Shown piece after piece: positions 17,534-26,730 of a stretch of 32,000 bases of DNA. This stretch comes from Halomicronema hongdechloris C2206 (GTDB lineage Bacteria > Cyanobacteriota > Cyanobacteriia > Phormidesmidales > Phormidesmidaceae). Where the stretch lies: positions 4,830,001 through 4,862,000 of the forward strand of contig NZ_CP021983.2 in the NCBI RefSeq assembly GCF_002075285.3, written 5' to 3'. Numbering within the stretch: position 1 is the first letter of the stretch; each line of letters opens with the position of its first letter. The translations under genes were made by a program, and so were the position numbers. Under the pieces are notes generated by a model. That model did no database searches. It was not told the origin of the DNA and worked only from the letters and a program-made list of their open reading frames with translations.

Positions 17534-18444
17534 GTCAAGAAGTCATGGGCCATGATCGTGTTGGGAAAGATGGCCTGGGCTTCACTCAAGAGATCTGACA
17601 ATTGGATATCGTTGCCAGGGGCGTAGCGGGGACTGAAGTGGGTCATGATCAGCTGCTTCACTTGGGCTGCCAGGGCCACTTGAGCCGCCATGGTCGAGGT
17701 GGAATGCAATCGCTGGTAGGCCATCTCGGCATCCTGGTGAGAGAAGGTGGCCTCGTGGATCAAGACATCGGCCCCGTCGGCTAAGTCCACGGCGTTCTGG
17801 CAGAAGATGGTATCGGTGCAATACACCAACTTGCGACCGGGTCGGGGGGGACCACACAACTCGGCCCCATTGATGCGGCGACCATCGGCCAGGGTAACTA
17901 CCTCTCCCTGCTTCAACCGACCATAGATAGGGCCAGGGGGAATCCCCAGGGCTTGGGCCCGTTTGACGTCAAAGCGACCGGGTCGGTCCCGCTCTGCCAC
18001 TCGATAGCCGAAGGCGGGAACCCGGTGCTCCAGTTGAGTGCAGGAGACGACGAAGTCCTCATCGGCAAACACCTTTCCCGGCTCTACCCGGTGCACCTTG
18101 ATCGGCAGGGAGAAGCGGGTCTGGGAATAGCGGCGGCAGGCCTGTAGATAGTCATTCAGTTGCGGCGGCCCATAGATATCGATGCGCTGTTGGGGATTAC
18201 CAGCCAACCCGCAACTGGCCAACAGCCCCATTAGCCCAAAGATATGATCGCCGTGCATGTGGGTGATAAAGATACGGCGAATTTGACTCGACTTAAAGTC
18301 GCTCTTCAGGAACTGGTGCTGGGTACCTTCGCCGCAGTCAAACAGCCACACTTCTGCCCGTTGGGGCAGCCGTAGGGCCACGCTGGAGACGTTACGGGAG
18401 CGGGTCGGGACACCAGAACTGGTGCCGAGAAAGGTAATTTGCAA
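17479..18444 (-). CDS. rnz: Ribonuclease Z (tRNA 3' endonuclease, metallo-beta-lactamase fold)
   Basis: [22 protein letters not shown]...[12 protein letters not shown]...[16 protein letters not shown] (HxHxDH motif). Length is 321 aa. Confidence 0.93.
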   Translation of the reverse strand: MQITFLGTSSGVPTRSRNVSSVALRLPQRAEVWLFDCGEGTQHQFLKSDFKSSQIRRIFITHMHGDHIFGLMGLLASCGLAGNPQQRIDIYGPPQLNDYLQACRRYSQTRFSLPIKVHRVEPGKVFADEDFVVSCTQLEHRVPAFGYRVAERDRPGRFDVKRAQALGIPPGPIYGRLKQGEVVTLADGRRINGAELCGPPRPGRKLVYCTDTIFCQNAVDLADGADVLIHEATFSHQDAEMAYQRLHSTSTMAAQVALAAQVKQLIMTHFSPRYAPGNDIQLSDLLSEAQAIFPNTIMAHDFLTYAVPRQPEMALATSAGS

Positions 18445-18525
18445 GGCAAGTCATCACTGGCATCTCACCTATCTTGACATGGTCGATTCAGATGGGGGAG
18501 GGGGCCAGTTGGGGAGAAGGCCGCC

Positions 18526-19172
18526 CTAGGCCGCTGCCGGTTGCGATCGCATCAACCAAATTCCTCTAAGTCCAACGGCCTTAGCTCCTGCCACATCCTC
18601 GCGGCGGCTATCGCCCACGTGCCAGGCATCGGCAGCGGCATAACCATGCTTGCGCAGGGCGGCGTGAAAGATGGCCGGACTCGGCTTGGCCGCCCCCACT
18701 TCGGTGGAGATGGTCACCGATTGAAAAAAGGCGTCTAATTGCAAAGCCTGGAGCACCCCATAGAGGCGAGAGTCGAAATTAGAGAGCACCCCCAGCTCGA
18801 TCCCCAGAGAGCGCCACCGCTCTAGGGAAGAGCGGGTATCGGCATAGACCACCCAGGGCTCAGCGGTGGCGAAATAGGTGTACAGATCGGCAAAGAAGGC
18901 CTCGAAGTCAGCAAACTGAGCCAGTTGATCGACGGCGGCAAAGGTCTGCTGAGCTATCTGCCGCCACCAGGCATATTCCTGGCCCGGCACCTCGATGGGA
19001 TCGAGGCCGGGAAAGGCCATGGGGGCAGCGGCCTTGAAGGCCGCGCTCTAAAGGCTTGATCTAGGGCCGCGGCATCGGCAGAGACGCCGTGGCGCTGGGC
19101 TACCTGCCGATAGTGTTGCCCCACACTGTCCTGCACTCCAAACAGCGTGCCGACAGCATCGAGAAATATCAC
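18526..19172 (-). pseudogene. HAD-superfamily hydrolase (subfamily IA, REG-2-like), frameshifted as assembled
   Basis: The N-terminal 42 codons from GTG 19172 carry HAD motif I (IFLDAVGTLF). The rest is in another frame (..AAFKAAAPMAFPG...GVLSNFDSRL...GAAKPSPAIF...WHVGDSRREDVAGAKAVG). The frames join with a 1-nt gain or 2-nt loss in GCGCGG near 19041-19048. The internal Met at 19020 would give a protein lacking the catalytic Asp. Confidence 0.75.
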
Positions 19173-20399
19173 CTATAGGCTGCAAACATGCTTTCCTATA
19201 CCCGACCAACAGATCTTCTGCAGCGCGCCGACCCATACCAGTTGAGCACCCACTCGAATTTGGATGGGCTCGAGGGTGGGCATGCGATAGAGGTAGGCTA
19301 ACCGTCGGGCCAAGTGGGCTGGTAATCCCTCCAGGTTGAGCCCGAGACCGGTTAGCGTGGCCCGATCGGTGCCTAGGGTCATCATTTCACCCAAGTGTTG
19401 GTAACGGAAGGGCAACAGCGGCCGTTCCGTCAAAGTGGCCCAAATATTCCAGCCAGCGTAGTCGGCCTGCTGCAGGGCCGCCTGGGCCGTGGCTGGGATC
19501 TGCTGGCCCTCGGCGTCACGGCAGTCGGCTAAATCTCCCAGGGCATAGATCTGGTCATGATCGACCACTTGCAGCGTGGGGGTCACTTTGATCTGCTGCT
19601 GCTGGTTGCGCGGCAGGGGTAACGATTGCACCAGGGAATTGACGCAAGTACCCACGGTCCAGAGGACGATGTCGACGGGCAGGGTATCGACCTGATCGCG
19701 GTAGCGCAGGGACAGGGTATCGGCAGTGATGGCCTCGACGCTAGTCTCCAAGTCCAGCCAAACCCCTAGGTCGGAGAGGGCTTGGCGGGCCACCTGGCGA
19801 TTATAGTCTGGGGAACGCTTCAGGATCTCAGTGCCCCGCTCGATCAGGCGAATCCGACCGCGGGCTGGCAACCGTTCTGCCAGTTTGCAGGCCAGTTCTA
19901 CACCGCTGTAGCCGCCACCCACCACGGCGATGCGAATCTTGTCGGCATCGCTGCTCTCCAACTGTCGCAACCGTTCTTGCAGACGATAGGCATCGTCGAG
20001 GCTGCGAAAGGGAATGGCATGGTCTTTCACCCCAGGTGTGGTGTTGAGGGGGGTGTCGCCGCCTAGGGCCAAGACCAGCCGATCGTACGGCAAGATAGTG
20101 CCATCCCCTAGGGTGGCGCGCTGCTGGTCAATGGCAATGGCTTTAACGCCGCTCTGGTGGAAGTGAATGCCGGTATGGGCCAGCAGTTCTTCGAAGGGAG
20201 GGGCAATCTCCCAGGTTTGCAATTCACCGGTTAGGAGTTCGTAGAGTAGGGGGGTGAATAGGAAGCGATCCCCCTGATCGACTAGGGTAATGATCGGGGC
20301 GTCGGGGGTGGTCCAGGGCAGCTTACTCAGACGCAATGCGGTGTAGAGACCGCCAAAGCCACCTCCCAAGATACAGATGCGGGTACGAGGCTCAGTCAT
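19173..20399 (-). CDS. Type II NAD(P)H dehydrogenase (NDH-2), FAD-dependent pyridine nucleotide-disulfide oxidoreductase
   Basis: Two dinucleotide-binding folds are present: ICILGGGFGGLYTA at the N-terminus and RIAVVGGGYSGVELA in the middle. YALGDLA is also present. Length is 408 aa. Confidence 0.9.
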   Translation of the reverse strand: MTEPRTRICILGGGFGGLYTALRLSKLPWTTPDAPIITLVDQGDRFLFTPLLYELLTGELQTWEIAPPFEELLAHTGIHFHQSGVKAIAIDQQRATLGDGTILPYDRLVLALGGDTPLNTTPGVKDHAIPFRSLDDAYRLQERLRQLESSDADKIRIAVVGGGYSGVELACKLAERLPARGRIRLIERGTEILKRSPDYNRQVARQALSDLGVWLDLETSVEAITADTLSLRYRDQVDTLPVDIVLWTVGTCVNSLVQSLPLPRNQQQQIKVTPTLQVVDHDQIYALGDLADCRDAEGQQIPATAQAALQQADYAGWNIWATLTERPLLPFRYQHLGEMMTLGTDRATLTGLGLNLEGLPAHLARRLAYLYRMPTLEPIQIRVGAQLVWVGALQKICWSGIGKHVCSL

Positions 20400-20456
20400 A
20401 GGGGAGTCCAGACAAGGGATTGTCTACAGAATAAACAATTCTCTAGGGGCTTGGCT

Positions 20457-22181
20457 TCAGCTATCTTGGCTGTGGCGGTTGAAGCGACGGTCTTGCCAGG
20501 CGGTGCCGATGCCCTTGGCGATGCCGCGACCAATCAAACCGATGCCGCGGCCAATTACCTCGGTCAGTATGTAGACGAGGCCACTGCCCACCCAAGCCAC
20601 CACGGCCCGGAAACGCGGTGCGATCGCATCTCGCGCCTCCAAGAGTAGGGTAATGACCAATGGTAGCCCGGACAGCTGCTCTAATTCCTGGCGGCGGGGG
20701 GCATAGATGGAGCGGCTGACGAGGCCTGAGGGACCCAGGCCCCAGAGTGGGTAACGGCTTTCGAAGATGGCCGCCGGCTCGTGCCAGAAGCTGGCCCAGC
20801 GGTAGCGCCAGGCCAACTCGTTGCGGAACCGCTCGATCTCGCGGCTGCTGATCAGGCGGCGGTGATAGAGTTGCTGTTTCAGCGGCTCTACATCTGGGCA
20901 GCGGTTGAGCAGGGGCTGGATCACGGCGTTGGCCAGCTGAATCACTAGGTTTTCCAGCAGCCACTGGCTCCGGTCCAAGGCTGCCGGGGTGCTGGCCAGA
21001 TAGGGCGCTCCATCCACCGTGAGGCTGTCTTGAAACAGCAGATGGCGCAACAGATCAGGGCCATAGGGCAGGGTGGCCAGCATCCCTTGCTGCACCGTTT
21101 CTCGCTCCTGCGAGAGCACCTGAACCAGGGACTGGTCCTGTTGATCGATCTCCAGGGTGGTATAGCGACCCAAAAACTCAGTCATGATGTCCTGCCAGAG
21201 GTCGCCGAGCAGCGTTAGCCAGGTCTGCGTCACCTGCTCCGGAGACAGTTGGGCCCGTCGTAGCTGCCGCAGGGTCGCCTCTAGCTGCTGCAGACTCAGA
21301 TATAGCAGTTCCTGTCGCTTCTCTTGCCGCAGAATGTCGATCTCCAGCGGCACGCCACTGGTATTGGCCAAGGGACCTGTCAACTTCAGCGCCACTGCCT
21401 GCAACAGCGGCCGGGGCCAGCCCTGTAGCGTACCGCCTGGTGCTTGCACCAGTCCTGGCGATGGGAAGGGAGACGATGGTGCCTGGGGATCACCCTGTGG
21501 CCGCGACGGCTGGGGCTCCGGGGTCGGCGTCGCCAGCAACCAGCTAATCAGCCCCCGTGCCGCCCGTAACTCCCGTCGCCGTCCGGCTAACACCCACCGA
21601 TAGGGAGCAGAGGCCTGGTCTAGGTGTCCCTGGACCTGATCTAGGCTGGCTGCAATTTGCTGCAGACAGGACTGACGCAGCCGGCTGCGAAAGGTGGCCC
21701 CAGGGCCTGGGGTTGGCGGTGACTGACGATCAGCCGGCAGGGCAGAGGCTGTCTGGGAAGTAGGGGCCGTCGCTAGGGCCCCAATCAGATCAGCCAGCTG
21801 GTGTAGGGGCAGCCCCCGCCGCTGGTAAGCATCCGCCCCCATTTGATCGGCTGCCGCCCGCAACACCGGTTCGTCGCTAGCCCCCAGGACCAACACCGGC
21901 AGCGTCGGAAAGCGCGACTTTATCTGACCGCAGAGCTGCAGCCCTGGCAGTTGCTGGGGATCGCCCCGCCCCAACCCTAAATCTAAAATCACTAGATCCA
22001 ACGCTGGCTCAGTTGCCACCTCGGCCGCAGCAGCGCTTGGGGACAATTGGGTCCAGGCTTCTGAAGCATTACTGGCTTCCGCCACCACCTGAATATCTCC
22101 TAGTTGCTCCAGCCAGATCCGCAACCCCAATCGAAAGACGGGGTCGTCGTTGATCAGCATTAGCCGCAGCGGTGAGGTCAT
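20457..22181 (-). CDS. Atypical response regulator: receiver domain plus large non-DNA-binding C-terminal domain (DUF3685/Ycf55-like, from memory)
   Basis: The receiver reads LMLINDDPVFRLGL...DLVILDLGLG...LPVLVLGA, with an Ala-rich insertion before the phospho-acceptor Asp. A Pro/Ser/Gln-rich linker follows, then a conserved helical C-terminal region with two terminal hydrophobic segments. The ATG overlaps the upstream gene stop (ATGA at 22178-22181). Confidence 0.8.
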   Translation of the reverse strand: MTSPLRLMLINDDPVFRLGLRIWLEQLGDIQVVAEASNASEAWTQLSPSAAAAEVATEPALDLVILDLGLGRGDPQQLPGLQLCGQIKSRFPTLPVLVLGASDEPVLRAAADQMGADAYQRRGLPLHQLADLIGALATAPTSQTASALPADRQSPPTPGPGATFRSRLRQSCLQQIAASLDQVQGHLDQASAPYRWVLAGRRRELRAARGLISWLLATPTPEPQPSRPQGDPQAPSSPFPSPGLVQAPGGTLQGWPRPLLQAVALKLTGPLANTSGVPLEIDILRQEKRQELLYLSLQQLEATLRQLRRAQLSPEQVTQTWLTLLGDLWQDIMTEFLGRYTTLEIDQQDQSLVQVLSQERETVQQGMLATLPYGPDLLRHLLFQDSLTVDGAPYLASTPAALDRSQWLLENLVIQLANAVIQPLLNRCPDVEPLKQQLYHRRLISSREIERFRNELAWRYRWASFWHEPAAIFESRYPLWGLGPSGLVSRSIYAPRRQELEQLSGLPLVITLLLEARDAIAPRFRAVVAWVGSGLVYILTEVIGRGIGLIGRGIAKGIGTAWQDRRFNRHSQDS

Positions 22182-24025
22182 GGCTCGCTATCAGAGGACT
22201 CAGGAGCCGTCTCGTCAGTGGTCTCGGCCGCAGCGGCAGACTGCTCGGCCGCCGCTTCTCGCAGAGACCAAATATAGTCTCGCTCAGCCCGCCAGAGGGC
22301 GATGGCTCGTTGTGCCTCATCATACAGCGCCCGGCCCGCCCCAATCTGGGCGGCGGTATTAATCGCCGCCGTCAAACTACCCTCATAGGCCAGATCCTTG
22401 GCTTTTTGCAGGATTGGGCCATCTTCGGCAATTTGAATGGCCGTGGTCCATTCCTGAATTAAGCCCTGGGCGCGCTCGTGTAAGGCCCGCTCCGGCTGAA
22501 TCGTCCGGGCCGTTTCAATGGCTTGCCGCAGCTGGTTATCATCGGCCAGTTGCATGGCTTTATTCAGAATGGGCCGATCTTCGATGATTTGAATGTCTTG
22601 ACGCCACTGGGCGATCAGGGTCTGGGCTGGAATCCGCAGAGCGCGTCCCTGGGGGACTTGGGCGGCTTGGTCGATGGCCTGCTTCAGGGCGGCGATGGTG
22701 CCTGCCTGGGCCAGGGCTTCAGCCTGGCGTAAGATGGGCCGGTCGGCGATGCGTTCGATCTGCTTTTGCCAATGGGCAATCAGGGTCTGGGCTTGCTGAC
22801 GCTGGGGCCGCTCTGGGGCCACCTGATGGGCCTGCTGGATAGCGACTCGATAGGTGCCGATTTGCCCTAGGGCGGCTACACTCTGAGCAGCCCGCAGCTG
22901 CCCTAAGTCTTGCAATTGCTGCTGCCATTGCTGTAGCTGCTGCCGGGCGGAGTCATAGAAGGGGCTAGTGGTCGGGATCTGCTCTGCCGCCCGAATCGCC
23001 TCCATTAGCTGAAATAGCTGGCCGTAGGTGGGCTGAAAGCCTGCCTGCTGCTTGGCTTGGCTGGCTAGGCGTTGGGCATGGCCAAACTGGATCAGATCCT
23101 GGGCATCGGGGGCCAAGTTGAGATTGGGAGGTACGGCTTGCACCGCTGCGATCGCACCCTCGACGTCGCCCAATTCCCACCGCCGGAAGGCATGCATCAG
23201 CAACGACTCACTCCAGCGGTTAATCTCGACCTCCGCCGAGGTCCAAGCATGGCTGCGCAAGTCAATGGAGTGGGCCAAGCCGATCGCCTGTTTCAACTCC
23301 GCTGGGGTTCCCTGGTTAGCCAGACTACGGGCCTCTTGCAGCTGGGCCCAGGCCTGCTGTTCCAGATCAATAGACTCCACCCAGTACTGATAGCGATCCC
23401 GCAGCCAGTAGTCGCTACTCAGAGTTTTCAGCCGTTGCAGCGACTGCCGCGCCTGATCCCACTGTTGTCGTTGGATAGCCTGTTGCACCTCGGTCTCCAC
23501 CGTGGCCGCTGCCGCCCACTCCTGTCGCCAGCGATAAATGGCAGCCTGGGCGGCCGGCCGCAGCGGTGTGTCCAGGGGAATTTGGCTGGCCAGATCCACT
23601 GCAGCTTCTAGATCACCCGCTTGCATCCGTTGTTGGGCTTTGCTCAGCAGCCGTTCCGATGCCTGCCGCAGGGGCTCTAGGGCATCTTCGTAGCGGGGAT
23701 GGTCCTGGGACCAGGTCGCCACCAATTCAATCGCCCCCACTAGGGCTTGGGGGTCACTAGACTGGGCTTGGGCCTTGGCACAGTAGATGCGATCGCCGTC
23801 AGTGCTCTGGGGTGAAATGGTCGCACACTCCGGTAATGGAGGAATGCGCATCAGCCAGATCAGGGCCCATCCGCCGACGATCCCAGAGCCAATTAACAAT
23901 CCCAGCCACAGGATTGGCCATATCCAACCCAAGAGTTTCGACGAACGCGGTCGTTTTAAGGAGGTGGGTTCCTGATAGGAGTTTGCCGACGGAGACGCCA
24001 TGAATTGTACAGGCCCTAGTGCCAA
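22178..24025 (-). CDS. Membrane-anchored protein built of tandem degenerate helical repeats of about 50-55 aa, with an acidic C-terminal tail
   Basis: One N-terminal TM segment (LLGWIWPILWLGLLIGSGIVGGWALIWLM). At least 8 repeats have the pattern A..LA..G.l..AI..A..I......y..Aq..I..W. The last four add I.I.EDrPIL.kA. The DNA echoes this with ATGGGCC-type motifs near 22416, 22571 and 22736. Confidence 0.75.
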   Translation of the reverse strand: MALGPVQFMASPSANSYQEPTSLKRPRSSKLLGWIWPILWLGLLIGSGIVGGWALIWLMRIPPLPECATISPQSTDGDRIYCAKAQAQSSDPQALVGAIELVATWSQDHPRYEDALEPLRQASERLLSKAQQRMQAGDLEAAVDLASQIPLDTPLRPAAQAAIYRWRQEWAAAATVETEVQQAIQRQQWDQARQSLQRLKTLSSDYWLRDRYQYWVESIDLEQQAWAQLQEARSLANQGTPAELKQAIGLAHSIDLRSHAWTSAEVEINRWSESLLMHAFRRWELGDVEGAIAAVQAVPPNLNLAPDAQDLIQFGHAQRLASQAKQQAGFQPTYGQLFQLMEAIRAAEQIPTTSPFYDSARQQLQQWQQQLQDLGQLRAAQSVAALGQIGTYRVAIQQAHQVAPERPQRQQAQTLIAHWQKQIERIADRPILRQAEALAQAGTIAALKQAIDQAAQVPQGRALRIPAQTLIAQWRQDIQIIEDRPILNKAMQLADDNQLRQAIETARTIQPERALHERAQGLIQEWTTAIQIAEDGPILQKAKDLAYEGSLTAAINTAAQIGAGRALYDEAQRAIALWRAERDYIWSLREAAAEQSAAAAETTDETAPESSDSEP

Positions 24026-24187
24026 GGATGCTTAAACATAAACAGGTCTAAACGGATAGGTCCCAATCAAGACCACAGGTGGGTTCCGGGTAGGCTATTG
24101 TTCTCAAAAGATGCTGCCATTGTAGAAGTTATTTTTGTGATTCGGCAGATATTTCCGTAAAGTTTGGTCCTGAGTGCACTTAGATCT

Positions 24188-24940
24188 ATGAAATCATTGC
24201 TCTGGCTCGTCCCCGGTCTTCTAATCTCATGGATAGTGGGCAGTGGTCCAGCGGCCGATCTGACACAGCTGCAGCAACTGTTGATCACGAAGGCATGTCC
24301 CGCCTGTGATTTACGGCAGGCTGTCCTGGCGGGCGCTGAACTAGCCCAGGCGAATCTGGCCCAAGCCAATCTGCAAGGGGCCAATCTGCGGCAAGTCAAT
24401 TTGTCCGGGGCTAATCTGCAGGGGGCCGATCTGAGCCAGGCCATCCTCACGCAGGGACGCCTGCATCAGGTGAATCTGAGCCAGGCGACTCTAGTCCAAG
24501 CTCAATTGACGGCAACTGGCCTCAATCGCAGTGACTTGACGGGGGCTGACCTAACGGGGGCCGACCTGAGTCAAGCCCGTCTCATGGCAGCCACCCTCAC
24601 CGGAGCGACGCTAGAGCAGGCGACTCTCCGCCAAGCGGAGCTGCTGCAAGCTAACCTGTCGCGGGCGAATTTAGTGGATGCCGATCTCAGGGGAGCCGAT
24701 CTGTTTCGGGTACAACTGTTGCGCAGCAATCTGGAAGGTGCAAATCTCAGCGGTGCCAGCCTGGAAGGTGCTCGCCTTTACCGCACTAATCTAGACGGTG
24801 CCAACCTCACCGATGCCGATCTCAGCCATAGCACCTTGACCCAGGTCGATCTGGCCGAGGCGATTCTCTGCCGCACCCGTCTGCCCTCGGGGGATGTCAG
24901 TCAGCGGGATTGTCCTCCAGATAATCAACCCCATGAGTGA
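24188..24940 (+). CDS. Secreted pentapeptide-repeat protein
   Basis: A signal-like N-terminus (MKSLLWLVPGLLISWIVGSGPAA) is followed by about 35 A(D/N)LxX pentapeptides (ANLQGANLRQVNLSGANLQGADLSQAIL...). The ORF track start at 24164 is non-ATG, so ATG 24188 is preferred. Confidence 0.9.
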   Translation: MKSLLWLVPGLLISWIVGSGPAADLTQLQQLLITKACPACDLRQAVLAGAELAQANLAQANLQGANLRQVNLSGANLQGADLSQAILTQGRLHQVNLSQATLVQAQLTATGLNRSDLTGADLTGADLSQARLMAATLTGATLEQATLRQAELLQANLSRANLVDADLRGADLFRVQLLRSNLEGANLSGASLEGARLYRTNLDGANLTDADLSHSTLTQVDLAEAILCRTRLPSGDVSQRDCPPDNQPHE

Positions 24941-24941
24941 G

Positions 24942-24968
24942 CCCCCACTTCCGAGGTGGAAGCGGGGG
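24942..24968 (+). terminator. Stem-loop immediately after the pentapeptide gene stop (no U-tract)
   Basis: CCCCCaCTTCC, GAGGT, GGAAGcGGGGG: 10 paired bases with one internal mismatch, starting 2 nt after TGA (24938-24940). Confidence 0.35.
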
Positions 24969-25004
24969 CCGCTCTGCCCTAAACAGAGCCAGTTATCTCA
25001 GGTA

Positions 25005-25032
25005 AGTCCTAGTGAGTCCTAGTGAGTCCTAG
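25005..25032. repeat. 10-nt tandem repeat AGTCCTAGTG (about 2.8 units)
   Basis: Units at 25005-25014 and 25015-25024, plus a partial unit at 25025-25032. The last unit contains the stop codon (CTA on the plus strand, 25029-25031) of the M50 protease gene. Confidence 0.9.
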
Positions 25033-26156
25033 GCGGGGTTGGGAGTAGAGCCTTGCTGCAGTAGACGAATCACAGCCGATCGCTCCAGCAGGCCGACCAA
25101 CATACCATTGGCTTTCGTCACCACCAGGGCCGGAATTTGAGACTCTTCCAGCTTGCCTAAGACATCTAGCAAGGGGCGATCAGAGTCAACGGTTTCGATC
25201 CCTTCTAAGGGGTCCATGCGATCGCAAACTCGCACTTGGGCCCAGTCTTCTCGGGGGATCTGGCGTAAAATATCCACCGCCAGTGTGCCCACGAGCTGTC
25301 CTTCATCGTCAATGACCAGGAACTTGCGCCACTGGCTACCGGCGGACAGCACCGCCTCATCGGCAAACTCGCGCAGGGTAGCCGACTGAGCCACAACCGG
25401 GCTATCAGGGGTAACCACATCGGCGGCGGTCAGGCCGTCCAAGCGAGCCTGGACCTCAGCATACTGGGCCGACCGATTCGCATTCTGCAGCAGGAAGAAT
25501 CCAATCAGCAGCGTCCAGATACTGCCTACCTGGCTGATGCCCAGCACAGACAGGACTCCCAGGACAATGGCTGTCCAGCCAAAGAACTGACCCACGCGGC
25601 TGGCGATTTCCACTCCCTTGTAGGCGTTGCCGGTAAGCTTCCAGACGAGCGCCTTTAAGACATTGCCGCCGTCTAATGGTAAGCCTGGGATCAAGTTAAA
25701 GGCTGCCAGAATCAAGTTAATGTAGGCGAGCAATCCCAACACTGCAGACAAAGGGCCTGCCAGAGGCAACACGCTGTTCGTCAGCGAGAGGCCGAAGAAT
25801 AGGGCCAGACTCACCAAGGGTCCGGCAATGGCCACCCAAAACGCTCCGCTGGGGGTGTCCGATTCTTTCTCTAGGGCCGCTAAGCCACCAAACAAGAACA
25901 ACGTAATGGAACGGACACCGACACCTTGACGCCTGGCGGCGATGCTGTGTCCCAACTCGTGGGCCAACACAGAGGCAAACAACAACAGAGCGGCCACTAG
26001 CCCCATAATCCAGGGTGTTATCCCTGGCAAATTCGGGAACTCGAAAGCCAACCCGCTACCGTAGGACCAGGTCACCAGCGCTAGCACCAGAAACCACGAG
26101 ACATTGATATAAAAGGGAATACCTAACAGGCTTCCCACCCGAATATTGCCGTTCAT
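25029..26156 (-). CDS. Site-2 protease family (peptidase M50) membrane metalloprotease with C-terminal CBS pair
   Basis: HELGHSIAARRQG (HExxH) lies within a TM-rich N-terminal region, and the downstream NLIPGLPLDGG motif is present. The C-terminal 130 aa show a CBS-like pattern (VVTPDSPVV...LVIDDEGQLVGTL...ALVVTKANGMLVGLL). Confidence 0.9.
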   Translation of the reverse strand: MNGNIRVGSLLGIPFYINVSWFLVLALVTWSYGSGLAFEFPNLPGITPWIMGLVAALLLFASVLAHELGHSIAARRQGVGVRSITLFLFGGLAALEKESDTPSGAFWVAIAGPLVSLALFFGLSLTNSVLPLAGPLSAVLGLLAYINLILAAFNLIPGLPLDGGNVLKALVWKLTGNAYKGVEIASRVGQFFGWTAIVLGVLSVLGISQVGSIWTLLIGFFLLQNANRSAQYAEVQARLDGLTAADVVTPDSPVVAQSATLREFADEAVLSAGSQWRKFLVIDDEGQLVGTLAVDILRQIPREDWAQVRVCDRMDPLEGIETVDSDRPLLDVLGKLEESQIPALVVTKANGMLVGLLERSAVIRLLQQGSTPNPA

Positions 26157-26471
26157 AAGGGCACCTCATTACATACAGGGCTTTCCAACTCAGAGTTGAA
26201 TCGCCCACACATTTACAGTGTAACGAAATGTAAAAGTTGGCTCCGGTGGAGAACCGCCCTGGCTTGGTTCGGGTCTCCTCGGCTGCAGGTGCGATCGCAG
26301 CCGCGACGATATCGGGACAGGTGCCGGGCGACTATCTAGACAACCAAGACTGCGGCCACGACTAGGTTGCGCCTGCAGGCCGCTGCGCGCTCAGCCTGGC
26401 TGAAAAGCCATACAAGCTCGGCTCTAGCCCCTGCTCCGGGATGGCCAACGCTGAGGCCAAGGAACAACAAA

Positions 26472-26544
26472 CGGGCCCTGCAGGATTCGAACCTGCGACT
26501 TACCGCTTAGAAGGCGGTTGTTCTATCCCCTGAACTAAGGGCCC
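26472..26544 (-). tRNA. tRNA-Arg (anticodon UCU)
   Basis: Folded by hand into a perfect cloverleaf: acceptor GGGCCCT/AGGGCCC, D stem GTTC/GAAC, anticodon stem ACCGC/GCGGT with loop CT-TCT-AA, variable loop AAGTC, T stem GCAGG/CCTGC with loop TTCGAAT, discriminator G. CCA is not encoded. Length is 73 nt. Confidence 0.92.
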
Positions 26545-26670
26545 AATTTGGTTTCATGCTACCCTAAAGCCTCCCACTAGCCGCGATTGCCCCATCGATC
26601 CAGGGCATTGAGGCTGCTCATATCAATACGATGCCCAAACGGGAAGCCATTCGGCCTGCCATCGCCTCTA

Positions 26671-26700
26671 GTAGCGTGGCAAGGCTAATTTGCTGGGTTA
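26671..26700. repeat. IS630 left terminal inverted repeat
   Basis: See the mobile_element entry. The first 18 nt are identical to the right end except for one position. Confidence 0.85.
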
Positions 26701-26730
26701 GGATGGCAAGGCTAATTTGCTGGGTTAGGA
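26677..26730. repeat. Perfect 27-bp tandem duplication inside the IS left end
   Basis: TGGCAAGGCTAATTTGCTGGGTTAGGA occurs at 26677-26703 and again at 26704-26730. Copy 1 lies in the TIR. Copy 2 contains the transposase stop codon (26712-26714). Confidence 0.95.

Noticed and set aside
26220-26233. NtcA-like site GTA-N8-TAA upstream of the M50 protease gene.
   Set aside because: Only one half-site matches the GTA-N8-TAC consensus, no properly spaced -10 box could be identified, and chance occurrence is likely.
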